From positions 342 through 47,943 of the forward strand of contig CAYWRI010000004.1 of NCBI GenBank assembly GCA_964461035.1: a stretch of DNA of 47,602 nucleotides. The letters run 5' to 3'. The notes under the pieces are model-generated. The model searched no databases, was not told the origin of the DNA, and saw only the letters and a list, made by a program, of their open reading frames with translations. Position numbers and translations under genes: made by a program. Of this stretch, positions 1-8,987 are shown one piece after another. This DNA is from an uncultured Methanosarcinales archaeon. Its GTDB lineage: Archaea > Nanobdellota > Nanobdellia > Woesearchaeales > CAYZNE01. The number at the start of each line of letters is the position of its first letter. Within the stretch, counting starts at the first letter, position 1.

Positions 1-210
1 AACAAATTCAACAGTTGCAAGTTCATCAGATTTAATCTCTTTTTTCATTAAAGCAACAACATCATCTGCAACTTTGTTAGATCGAGATCTATCATGTCCT
101 CCGACTGCTCTTGCAGCTTTGAATATCGCAAATGCAATTTTCTCTTTTTCAAATGGCACTATTATTCCATTTCTCTTCTTTATTTTTATCATTTTTAATT
201 CTTTTTCCAC
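1..210 (-). CDS. Ribonucleotide reductase N-terminal ATP-cone (partial, runs off window start; probably anaerobic NrdD-type)
   Basis: Manual translation from GTG210/ATG192: MIKIKKRNGIIVPFEKEKIAFAIFKAARAVGGHDRSRSNKVADDVV..., a typical ATP-cone; directly downstream of nrdR; AGAGGA SD-like site upstream of the GTG. Confidence 0.8.
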   Translation of the reverse strand, partial: MEKELKMIKIKKRNGIIVPFEKEKIAFAIFKAARAVGGHDRSRSNKVADDVVALMKKEIKSDELATVEFV

Positions 211-230
211 ACAAATTCCTCTTCTATTTT

Positions 231-698
231 TTATAATTCTTTTTTTTTACCATTATCGATAAGTTTTTTTAGTTCATCTGCAAAAGAATCTAAATCTGCA
301 AATTCTTTGTAGACTGAAGCAAATCTAATATATGCAACTTTGTCTAATTTTTTTAATTCACGCATTATTATATTTCCAATTTTATTAGTTTTGATTTCTT
401 TGAGACCGTTTTTCATAATGTGTGCTTCAATACGAGAAGCAATGTTTTCAATTTGTTCCTGAGTTATCTGTCTTTTTTCACAAGCTCTTATAACTCCTTG
501 TATAATTTTTTGTCTGTCAAATTGTTGAGAAGTTCCATCTTTTTTTACTACCCTAATATTTAGTTCAATCCGTTCATATGTGGTAAATCTAGCTTCGCAT
601 TTATTACATTCTCTTCTTCTTCGTGTAACTGAGAATTCTTCTGTATCTCTACTTTCAAGGACTTTTGTATCATTACTTGAGCAAAAAGGACATTTCAT
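231..698 (-). CDS. nrdR: Transcriptional repressor NrdR
   Basis: MKCPFC...RRRRECxxCxxRFTTYE zinc ribbon, ATP-cone and VAYIRFASVY motif; start placed at MKCPFC (ORF track starts at 710). Confidence 0.96.
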   Translation of the reverse strand: MKCPFCSSNDTKVLESRDTEEFSVTRRRRECNKCEARFTTYERIELNIRVVKKDGTSQQFDRQKIIQGVIRACEKRQITQEQIENIASRIEAHIMKNGLKEIKTNKIGNIIMRELKKLDKVAYIRFASVYKEFADLDSFADELKKLIDNGKKKEL

Positions 699-703
699 AT
701 TAA

Positions 704-750
704 GCACCATATATGGTGTTTTGTAGTAACTTTAACACCATATCTATTGT
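704..750. promoter_or_regulatory. Tandem NrdR boxes
   Basis: gCACCATATATGGTGt (704-719) and ACACCATATCTATTGT (735-750) match the acaCwAtATaTwGtgt consensus and start 31 bp apart. Confidence 0.85.
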
Positions 751-930
751 TTTGGAATGATGTCATATATAAAGTTTTTGCTACTAAAATAGCTATGTTA
801 ATTTGATTAGTTTAAATCACTAGCTTTAAAACTTGATGTAATTGATGAATTCTTGCTTCTTAGAAACCATTTATATATATGTATAGTTTAGTGTTAGATT
901 AGGAAATTTTAATTTTTTTGGTCTTATTTT

Positions 931-1386
931 TTAGTTCTTATTTCCCGTAGAACCATAGCCACCAATTCTTTGTTGATCTGGAGAAATATCATCATCAGCT
1001 AAAAGAACTTTTTGAAACATTGCCTGACAAAATCTATCTCCTCTACTTATTGTAAACTCTTTACCAGATGTGTTTAGTAGTGCAACAAGTAGTTCTCCTT
1101 CATTATCAGGATTATTATAATAATCAGAATCAATAACTGCAACAGAATTTCGAAGTTGTATTCCGTATTTACAGCCTAGACCACTTCGAGTATAAATGTG
1201 TAAAACTTCATCTTCTTGAAAATACGCTTTTATTCCTGTTTTTACAACAACACTTTTTCCTGCAGGAATATTAACTTCAACAGGAGAAAACAGGTCATAT
1301 GCAACACTATGCTTTGTTTTTCTAACAGGTAATTTAACATTTTTATTATCCCTTTCACTATTTATTTTTTCAAATCCTCTTATCAT
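931..1386 (-). CDS. dut: Trimeric dUTPase
   Basis: Motifs AYDL, RSGLG, VIDSDYY, GDRFCQ, RIGGYGSTG. Confidence 0.95.
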   Translation of the reverse strand: MIRGFEKINSERDNKNVKLPVRKTKHSVAYDLFSPVEVNIPAGKSVVVKTGIKAYFQEDEVLHIYTRSGLGCKYGIQLRNSVAVIDSDYYNNPDNEGELLVALLNTSGKEFTISRGDRFCQAMFQKVLLADDDISPDQQRIGGYGSTGNKN

Positions 1387-1442
1387 TTCAAAATTGAAAA
1401 GTAAATCATATATAAATATTGGGATTTTAAGCAGAAATCACT

Positions 1443-2204
1443 TTAAATGTGGTTAATAACAAATTCAGAAATCAAACTCAGCATCTTTTCAAAATCAGAA
1501 GGTTTTGTATAAGTGTGGTCTGCCCCTTGAATTATTTCCAGTGTACAATCTTCAAGAATACTTGCAGTCTTCTTACTTTGTTCAATCGGAACAGATTCAT
1601 CTTTATCTCCATGAACAATCAAAACAGGTATTTTGATTGTTTCAGATGCTTTGTAACCATCATTATTTTTAAAATCTTCAAAAAAAGAATAGTTAAGCTT
1701 TCTCTTTTCTCCTTTTCCGTATATGCGAATTATAAAACCATCTGATTTCCATTTTTCTATTTCTTTTTTAGTTCTTTTTTGTAGTTCTTTATCAAGATAG
1801 TTTGAAACAGGTGATTTTAGAGCAAGCACAGAAAGATCACTTGTTTTAGATGCAACCATAAGACTTGATGCTCCACTAAAACTTGAACCTATCAGTCCTA
1901 ATTTTGAAAACCCTTTTTCTTTCACAAATTTTATGGCATTCAGTATATCATTGACTGCTTCAGAAATCGTAATATTCTCAAAATCACCTTCACTTTCACC
2001 ATGACCAAACAAATCAAATCTGAATGTCGCAATTTTTTGCTCATTGAATATTTTTTCGAATCTTCTATTTGTAGAATTATTTTTTGAAGTTGTAGAACCA
2101 TGACATAGGATAATTACAGGACTACTCAAGTCAGATGTTGGATTGGAAAGTATTCCACAGAGTTTATCTCCTTTTGAATTTGAAAAGTAAATTTTCTCTT
2201 GCAT
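1443..2204 (-). CDS. Alpha/beta-fold hydrolase
   Basis: LCHG, RFDLFGHGESEG, GSSFSG nucleophile elbow, HGDKDESVP, GADH. Confidence 0.9.
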   Translation of the reverse strand: MQEKIYFSNSKGDKLCGILSNPTSDLSSPVIILCHGSTTSKNNSTNRRFEKIFNEQKIATFRFDLFGHGESEGDFENITISEAVNDILNAIKFVKEKGFSKLGLIGSSFSGASSLMVASKTSDLSVLALKSPVSNYLDKELQKRTKKEIEKWKSDGFIIRIYGKGEKRKLNYSFFEDFKNNDGYKASETIKIPVLIVHGDKDESVPIEQSKKTASILEDCTLEIIQGADHTYTKPSDFEKMLSLISEFVINHI

Positions 2205-2279
2205 ATTATTATAGAGTGCCAGATATAATATAAATGTTTCTAAAGAGTAATGTAAACCTTAGTTATATTAATTTTATCA

Positions 2280-4619
2280 TTACTCCTCACTCTTTCTGAC
2301 AACTCCTTTTTCACCATCAAATTCAACTAAGTCTCCATCTTTAAATACTTTAGTCGCAATTTTTGTTCCAATAATACAAGGTTTGCCTAATTCTCTTGCA
2401 ATAATTGATGCATGACTTGCTATGCCTCCTTCATCAGTTACTATTGCCGAAGCTTTTTTCATAGCAAAAATTAGATGAGGTCTTGTCATACTCACAACTA
2501 AAATTTCTCCTTTTTTCATTTCAGAAATTGCTTTCTCCTGATCGTTAGTCATAGCAGAAATAATTTTAACTCTTGCTTTTACATAACCTTTATTAGCAAC
2601 AGTTCCTTTAACTTCTTTAATTTTAGAATAATTCTCTTCCTGAATTTCTCTATTTTTTAGTTTTTTAGCTGCGTCACCTGAAAAAAAATTAAGTTCATCA
2701 TTTTTCAAAAGATAAGCATAGTTATATCTTGCTTTTATTTCTTCAGCAGATACTTTATTATTATTTCTTAATAAATCAATTATTTCTTCTGGTTTGTATC
2801 TTTCAAGCATTTCTTGTTTTACATCTGTTCTTTTTTCTATTTCTCTGAAAATAAAATTATTAAGATACCCTGCTCTAATCCATTTAAGTCTGATGCTTAA
2901 TCTTAGCTGAGAAAATATTTTTACAAATTCTATTAATTGTTCAATTGATTTATTGATTTCTAATCTATTTATAATTTCTTTTTGTGTTTTTTTTAATTCA
3001 GTTTTATGAACTTTTTTTCTCTTAATTTTTTGTTTTAATTTTTCTTTTGATAATTTTAAATCTTTATCAATCTCTTTTTTGAAATATTTAACATCCCATT
3101 CATTTTCAGAGTCTGAAGTTCCAATCCAACCGTATTTTTTTTGATGTTCATGAATTCTGAGCGCAATATCTAATCTATCTAACTCTTCTTTATCTAATAG
3201 ATTTTTTCTGTTATTTGTCGTTAATAACGAAAAAATTGTATCCAAATCTTTTTTATGAACTTTTCTTTTTAAGTTATTTTTAATTTCCTTTTCAATAGAT
3301 TCAAAAAATTCAGGTCTTGAGAGATCATATGCTGCAAAAAGTAATTTGAAATTTTCAATAAATGCTGAGTATTTTTTAGCAAGCTCTTTATTAGAAAGGA
3401 TTTCCTTATCTTTTAATATTGATTTTATATTTTTAATTAGTTCTGTGTTGTTGTTTTTAATTAATCTAATGTAATCACAGACTTTTTTTGTATCTTTAAA
3501 AAGTTTCAATGCTTGAGCCGATTTTCTATCTAAATCCTCTTGAGAATAATACATCTGAACTTTTTTATCTTTACAAATTGCAAGTAATTTTGAATAGTCA
3601 CTACCTAAAACTTTTTTATTTACATGTCCATTCATGAATATATCTATTCTATTATGAGGATGAACAGATTCCCATCGTAAAACCCATTTTGAAGATAATG
3701 TTTTAACTTCGCCGATATCTGCATTTACTTCTATAATTTCTCCGTCTTTAATAATCTGTGTGGCATTTTTTGTTCCAATAATGCAGGGTTTTTTCTGTTC
3801 TCTTGCAATAATCGCTGCATGAGAAAGACTTCCACCTTCATCAGTTACTATTGCAGAACACTTTTCAATAGCAGAAATATATGACGGTCTTGATATTGGA
3901 ATTACTAAAATCATTCCTTCTTTGATTGATAAAACTTTTTTTATAGGATCTTTGTCTTTGTCTGTTATTACTAACGCTTTTCCAATTACTTTTCCAGAGT
4001 AAGCGACAGTACCTTTAACTTTATTTGTCTTATTATCATTCTTTTCAATCATTTTAAATTTTGATAGAATCTTTTGAGCAAAAATGAAAATTTTTTTATG
4101 ATTCTTTTTTTTAGCTAATTCAGATATTTCTTTTGTTTTAAGAAGAATTCTTTGACTTTTTGAACCCCACTCTTCAAAATGTTTTTCTAAGCCATCTTTA
4201 GTATACATTAAGTCTCCAAAAACACTTAATAATGTTACTTTTTGGTTTCCAATTTTATGATTTACAAACTCTTCTGAAAAAGAGTTATAATATTCATCTG
4301 ATTCAAGAACAATATCAAAATCTGCTTTCAATATTCTGTGAAATTCAGAAACATCTTTTGCATACATTGAATTTTTAGGTATTGTTGTGTCTATACCTAG
4401 GAGCGATTTATCATATTTCCATGGCAAAGCTGATGCTTTCATGATAATATTATAATGTGGTGGACCTGATCTTAATGATTTTTTCAAATTATATCCTTGC
4501 AAAATATCAGAAAAATGAATCATTAGAGCCCAGTCTTCTTTATTGATTTTCCATTTGTCAAATATTTTTTTTATTTCAAGGATATCTTTTTCAATATTTT
4601 TAATTTGTTTATTTTCCAT
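2280..4619 (-). CDS. Protein with degenerate NTase-like N-terminal domain and two PEP-utilizing-enzyme mobile (phospho-His swivel) domains
   Basis: Two copies of the TDEGGxxSHAxIIARExxKPCIIGTKxAT motif; no recognisable ATP-grasp or pyruvate-binding barrel; N-terminus similar to 36415-37296. Confidence 0.8.
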   Translation of the reverse strand: MENKQIKNIEKDILEIKKIFDKWKINKEDWALMIHFSDILQGYNLKKSLRSGPPHYNIIMKASALPWKYDKSLLGIDTTIPKNSMYAKDVSEFHRILKADFDIVLESDEYYNSFSEEFVNHKIGNQKVTLLSVFGDLMYTKDGLEKHFEEWGSKSQRILLKTKEISELAKKKNHKKIFIFAQKILSKFKMIEKNDNKTNKVKGTVAYSGKVIGKALVITDKDKDPIKKVLSIKEGMILVIPISRPSYISAIEKCSAIVTDEGGSLSHAAIIAREQKKPCIIGTKNATQIIKDGEIIEVNADIGEVKTLSSKWVLRWESVHPHNRIDIFMNGHVNKKVLGSDYSKLLAICKDKKVQMYYSQEDLDRKSAQALKLFKDTKKVCDYIRLIKNNNTELIKNIKSILKDKEILSNKELAKKYSAFIENFKLLFAAYDLSRPEFFESIEKEIKNNLKRKVHKKDLDTIFSLLTTNNRKNLLDKEELDRLDIALRIHEHQKKYGWIGTSDSENEWDVKYFKKEIDKDLKLSKEKLKQKIKRKKVHKTELKKTQKEIINRLEINKSIEQLIEFVKIFSQLRLSIRLKWIRAGYLNNFIFREIEKRTDVKQEMLERYKPEEIIDLLRNNNKVSAEEIKARYNYAYLLKNDELNFFSGDAAKKLKNREIQEENYSKIKEVKGTVANKGYVKARVKIISAMTNDQEKAISEMKKGEILVVSMTRPHLIFAMKKASAIVTDEGGIASHASIIARELGKPCIIGTKIATKVFKDGDLVEFDGEKGVVRKSEE

Positions 4620-4658
4620 TTTATTACCTTTTGTTTATAATTAAAAATAAAATAAAAA

Positions 4659-5753
4659 TTAGTAAGCAGTGTAATCTGTTTGGGGAAGTAGAGTTTTTTC
4701 AATTATGGTTCCGTCTCGTCTTTGTTCCTGAACCAAATCATTAATATAATCTGTAAAAGAACAATTTTGTAGACCCAAATTTTTTGCTTCAGCAGGATTT
4801 GGTGCTTGATTCATTCCTAGAGCATACCATTCGTGTATGAGATCAAATCCATCAATTCCCCTAACATCTCCTTCTTTGATTTTAGCAAGAGTCATTTTAT
4901 ATGCTAATGCAATTGTTTTTATACAAGTAAATAATTGACCTTGACCCATATTTTCTTTTGCAAATTTAATTTCTCCAGCTATTTGATTAAGATATTCTCT
5001 TTGCAAATACATTCCACTTTGGATTTTTCCTTTATTAACTTCATTTAATGCAAAGTAGTTTCCAATTTTGTCTTTTTTCAAAACTTCTCCAAAGAATTTT
5101 TCTCTTTTTTCAATGTGTGGTGTAAATTTCTGAAGAGTATAATCATAAATTGTTGCTTCAGGATTTTTGTCAGTAAATAGTGCGACAATCTTGGTTGTTC
5201 CATCAAAAATAAGACTTGGATTGGTTCCTGTCAATTTATCTGCTAAATAAGTTATTTGAGCCAGTCTATCTAAATCTTGAAATCTTCCAGATTCTCCATT
5301 TAATTCATATAATCCAGTTTCTGGATTCATCTTTCCTGCAGTAGAAATTATTGCATTAGTAATCTCACTAATATCTCCTTTTGTTAAATTAACGCCGAAA
5401 TTATTTAACATATTAATTGTTGTTGGTAGATTTAAATAATAATTTGTAAATCTTGCACTTTCTCTTTCTTCATTATCATCCAATCCTTGTCCATTATAAC
5501 CCCACTCGTTGGCAAATATTTTTTCAATATTACCTCCAATAGGAGTTTGTTCTGGCTGTATTATGTCATGCATAAGTCCTGATATGTATGCTTTCATTAT
5601 TTCTCTTTCTGTCAAATTTGCATTTTCTGCTATACTGATAGCTTTTGAAGCTACAAGTGCAGTATGATCTCTCATTCCATGTCCTTTCTTGAAATTGGAT
5701 TCTTCATGTAAAGTATTCATTTCATCAAATAATTTTTTTTGTAATTTTTCCAT
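4659..5753 (-). CDS. HD-domain protein (putative phosphohydrolase)
   Basis: H (RDHT) ... GLMHDI ... YLADKL pattern; GGAGG SD; 40 bp from the downstream gene. Confidence 0.7.
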   Translation of the reverse strand: MEKLQKKLFDEMNTLHEESNFKKGHGMRDHTALVASKAISIAENANLTEREIMKAYISGLMHDIIQPEQTPIGGNIEKIFANEWGYNGQGLDDNEERESARFTNYYLNLPTTINMLNNFGVNLTKGDISEITNAIISTAGKMNPETGLYELNGESGRFQDLDRLAQITYLADKLTGTNPSLIFDGTTKIVALFTDKNPEATIYDYTLQKFTPHIEKREKFFGEVLKKDKIGNYFALNEVNKGKIQSGMYLQREYLNQIAGEIKFAKENMGQGQLFTCIKTIALAYKMTLAKIKEGDVRGIDGFDLIHEWYALGMNQAPNPAEAKNLGLQNCSFTDYINDLVQEQRRDGTIIEKTLLPQTDYTAY

Positions 5754-5817
5754 TTTGATTAACCTCCAAAAATATGCTTGTTACACCTAAGTAGTGATGC
5801 TAATTATATAAACCTTA

Positions 5818-5837
5818 GTCCTCCCCTGGGGGAGAAC
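5818..5837. promoter_or_regulatory. GC-rich palindrome, probable operator of the adjacent TrmB-family regulator
   Basis: GTCCTCCCC-TG-GGGGAGAAC near-perfect dyad between the two divergent TATA boxes (about 5805-5812 minus, 5849-5856 plus). Confidence 0.65.
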
Positions 5838-5878
5838 AAATAAGAATATTTATAAATGATTGTGAATTAGATTAGTTC

Positions 5879-6640
5879 ATGGATACCTTTTTACTGGAAA
5901 AAATAGGGTTAACTAAGGGAGAAATAAGAGTATATTTTGCACTGTTAGAATTGGGAAATACAACAACAGGGCCTATTATAACCAAATCTCTTGTTGCTAG
6001 GTCTAAAGTATATGAAATACTTGAAAGATTAAAAATTAAAGGACTAGTAACTGAAGTAATTGAAGGTAAATTAAAACATTTTCAGGCATCCTCTCCAGAA
6101 AAAATCTTGGATTATATTAAAAGGAAAGAAAATGAACTCAAGAAACAAGAAGAGAGTTTTAAAGAGTTACTTCCTCAGCTAATACAAAAACAAAAATTTT
6201 TAGAATCAACACAAGAAGCAAAAGTATACGTGGGTATTGAAGGCATAAAAACATTTTTTGATGAACTTTTAAATCAGCTTGAACCTCAAGATGAATTTCT
6301 TACAATGACCATGGCGTGGGAGGGGTGGATTGGTAAATCTCCTTCTTTTATTTTCAAAAATTTTCATATGAAACGAGCAGAGAAAAAAGTCAAAGCAAAA
6401 ATATTATCAAATAATAAAAAACTTGCAAAAGAAGACAATGTTAATTTTTCTAAGACGGGATTATATGAGTTTAGAACAACAAATTTGACTTTGCCAACAG
6501 GAATAACTATTTGTAGAGATATTGTTGCAACGTTTAATTGGGGTAAAATTCCTCGAGTTTTTGTAATAATATGTAAAGAAAACGCTGATCAATACAGAAA
6601 GTTTTTTTATGAATCATGGAATAATAGCAAAAAAAATTAA
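5879..6640 (+). CDS. TrmB-family transcriptional regulator
   Basis: LEKIGLTKGEIRVYFALLELG...RSKVYEILERLKIKGLV wHTH, coiled coil, VYVGIEGIK effector domain. Confidence 0.92.
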   Translation: MDTFLLEKIGLTKGEIRVYFALLELGNTTTGPIITKSLVARSKVYEILERLKIKGLVTEVIEGKLKHFQASSPEKILDYIKRKENELKKQEESFKELLPQLIQKQKFLESTQEAKVYVGIEGIKTFFDELLNQLEPQDEFLTMTMAWEGWIGKSPSFIFKNFHMKRAEKKVKAKILSNNKKLAKEDNVNFSKTGLYEFRTTNLTLPTGITICRDIVATFNWGKIPRVFVIICKENADQYRKFFYESWNNSKKN

Positions 6641-6710
6641 GTAAAAATTTAAAAAACAAAGGCTTTATAATTGTAGTATATAACTAATAAATGAAATAAA
6701 TGAAATAAAA

Positions 6711-7475
6711 ATGGTAAAAATAGTATCTTGGAATGTGAATGGAATAAGAGCTTGTGAGAGAAAAGGGCTTTTTGATTTTATTAAAAATCAAGATGCCGAT
6801 ATATATTGTTTACAAGAAATAAAAATACATAAAGATGACATAACTGATCAATTCAAAGAATTTGCAGAATATTTTAGTTATTGGAATTCTGCAGAAAAAA
6901 AAGGTTATAGTGGAGTTGCAATATATTCAAGTTTAAGACCTATAAATAGCATTAAAGGAATAGGTAATAAAGATTTTGATAGCGAGGGAAGAGTTTTAAC
7001 TTTAGAATTTGAAGATTTTTATATTGTTAATGTATATTTCCCTAATTCTCAAAGAGGTTTGATGCGATTAGACTTCAGACTTGAGTTTAATTCAGTCTTC
7101 TTATCATTTATACAAAATCTAAGAAAAAAGAAAAATGTTATTATTTGTGGAGACTTTAATGTTGCTCATCAAGAAATAGACTTAAAAAATCCTAAATCAA
7201 ATAAACACAATCCAGGATTTACAATAGAAGAACGAAATTGGTTTACACATTTATTAAGTAGAGATTATATAGATACATTCAGATATCTACACCCTGAAAA
7301 AATACAATATACTTGGTGGTCATATATGTTTCATGCTAGAGAAAAAAATATTGGGTGGCGTCTTGATTATTTTATTATGAATAAAGAATTAACTGATAAA
7401 CTTGATTCTGCAATAATATTAGATAAGGTTTTAGGGAGTGATCATTGTCCAATACAAATAAGTTTAAAAACTTAA
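6711..7475 (+). CDS. xth: Exodeoxyribonuclease III / AP endonuclease
   Basis: SWNVNGIRA, LQEIK, GYSGVA, GDFNVAH, GWRLDY, SDHCP motifs. Confidence 0.96.
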   Translation: MVKIVSWNVNGIRACERKGLFDFIKNQDADIYCLQEIKIHKDDITDQFKEFAEYFSYWNSAEKKGYSGVAIYSSLRPINSIKGIGNKDFDSEGRVLTLEFEDFYIVNVYFPNSQRGLMRLDFRLEFNSVFLSFIQNLRKKKNVIICGDFNVAHQEIDLKNPKSNKHNPGFTIEERNWFTHLLSRDYIDTFRYLHPEKIQYTWWSYMFHAREKNIGWRLDYFIMNKELTDKLDSAIILDKVLGSDHCPIQISLKT

Positions 7476-8090
7476 TTTTTAACATCTAATTTAATCAGTT
7501 CTATTATTTCAGGAAACTCAGATATTTGAAAGTGCCCATTTTTACTTTCATAGATTATTATCTTTGCATCTTTTAATTTCTTTTTAAATTTTTCAGCATG
7601 AGAAACAGGAACAACATCATCATCTTTAGAAAACATTAAATAAAGATTATTTGAGTTTTTTTCGAGTAAAGATAAATTTAATTTAAGTTTAAATCCGCCC
7701 ACTAAATCTTCTTTAAACAAAGTATTATTATATGGGGGACAAATTAAATAAGTTGAAAGAATCTTCTTAGGAAATTTATTTTCAGACAAATATTTCGCAA
7801 GAAAAATTCCACCTAAAGATGAACCAATTAAAATTATGTTGTTTTTTAATAAAGGAAAATATTTTTCAAAATGAATTTTCCATTCTTTGTATTTTGCATT
7901 ATCTTGTAATGGCATACGAGGTTTGATGATTTCAAAATCTTTACCTAATCTTTGTTCAAGAAATTCATCATACCACCTAATCTTTTTTTCTAGAGATATT
8001 TTTTCGAGTTTTTAAGAAATCTACGCAGTCTTTCTTATTCTTGAAAGTCAGTTCACCATGAACAATAAGTATCTGAATTTTATCATTCAT
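7472..8090 (-). pseudogene. Frameshifted alpha/beta hydrolase (RBBP9/YdeN-like)
   Basis: ATG8090 gives MNDKIQILIVHGELTFKNKKD...; removing one A from the A6 run at 7999-8004 joins it to ...EIIKPRMPLQDNAKY...GSSLGG...DDDVVP...NGHF (ORF 7472-7915). Confidence 0.75.
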
Positions 8091-8285
8091 ATTCTTTTAT
8101 TAGTAATTAGACTTTATTAATTTATTTGAATAAATTATCTATTTCTACACTTATTCAATATTCTATTTAAAATTAATTTAAATTAGTTCATATTCTACTT
8201 TTAATATTAATGATATCAGTAAATAACAAAAAGAAGTATGTTATTACTTAATAATAACAATAAAATAAAAATTAAGGGTGAACAA

Positions 8286-8717
8286 ATGAATTTAAAAAAA
8301 ATCATAAATGAAATTCAAGCAACTAAAGTAGATAAACTTACTGCACTATTGACAGGACAGATTTCAAATGTTTTATGGATGGGTAATGAAATGTGTCAAA
8401 TTGCTTCAGTTGAAGGAGATATAAATTATCATCCTATTTTTGGACAAGGAAGTAATTTTGCTGTTGGTGCAATGCTTACATCTTGTGCTCTATACTATTC
8501 TCGTAACTTCAGTCCAACAATACAAAAAATTGCTGTAATTCTTCCCACAATAATATTATCTGCCTATGAATTTTTTCCCTTTGTTCCTAGAGCTAAAACA
8601 TTTGATGTCAAAGATATGGTTGCATCAGCTGCGGGATCACTATTGGCATATGGAATTATTAAAAGCATCTCATACTACGAGAATAAACAAATAACTAATG
8701 ATGCACGAAATTGTTGA
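8286..8717 (+). CDS. Hypothetical membrane protein
   Basis: GGTGA SD before ATG8286; 3-4 hydrophobic segments; YE...TFDxxD motif reminiscent of VanZ-like membrane proteins. Confidence 0.6.
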   Translation: MNLKKIINEIQATKVDKLTALLTGQISNVLWMGNEMCQIASVEGDINYHPIFGQGSNFAVGAMLTSCALYYSRNFSPTIQKIAVILPTIILSAYEFFPFVPRAKTFDVKDMVASAAGSLLAYGIIKSISYYENKQITNDARNC

Positions 8718-8801
8718 AAATATTTTGCAGCATTATTGTGAGCAACCCCAAGTTAATAATGATTTATCAAATAACCAAAATAAAACTTAAGATGTGAAAA
8801 A

Positions 8802-8912
8802 ATGAATTTAAAAAAAATCATAAATGAAATTCAAGCAACCAGATTTATAGATAAGCGTACAGCATTGTGGACAGGAATTGGTTCTGTTTTTTTATATGTT
8901 GCTAATGAATAA
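8802..8912 (+). pseudogene. Truncated tandem paralog of the 8286-8717 gene (36 aa)
   Basis: First 38 nt identical to 8286-8323; MNLKKIINEIQATRFIDKRTALWTGIGSVFLYVANE* aligns with MNLKKIINEIQATK-VDKLTALLTGQISNVLWMGNE. Confidence 0.7.
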
Positions 8913-8987
8913 TGTTAACTTGCCTCACGTTTAGGTTTTGAGTTCTTCTTATTCTTCATCTTCTTACAATCTTCCTTAAGCTTTAAC

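Noticed and set aside
74-262. Plus-strand 62-aa ORF and similar antisense or overlapping ORFs (1449, 8915, 9154, 19436, 20310, 23525, 24282, 24368, 25320, 33297, 35013, 37080, 37512, 41770, 42435, 45153, 45568, 47247)
   Set aside because: All overlap well-supported genes on the opposite strand or in another frame and have low-complexity Phe/Ser/Leu- or Lys-rich translations.
2280-4619. Annotation as PEP synthase / pyruvate phosphate dikinase
   Set aside because: Only the mobile His domains are recognisable; nucleotide-binding and pyruvate-binding domains were not seen.
6686-6710. Short AATAAATGA tandem duplication before xth
   Set aside because: Two copies of an AT-rich 9-mer; expected by slippage, with no evident function.
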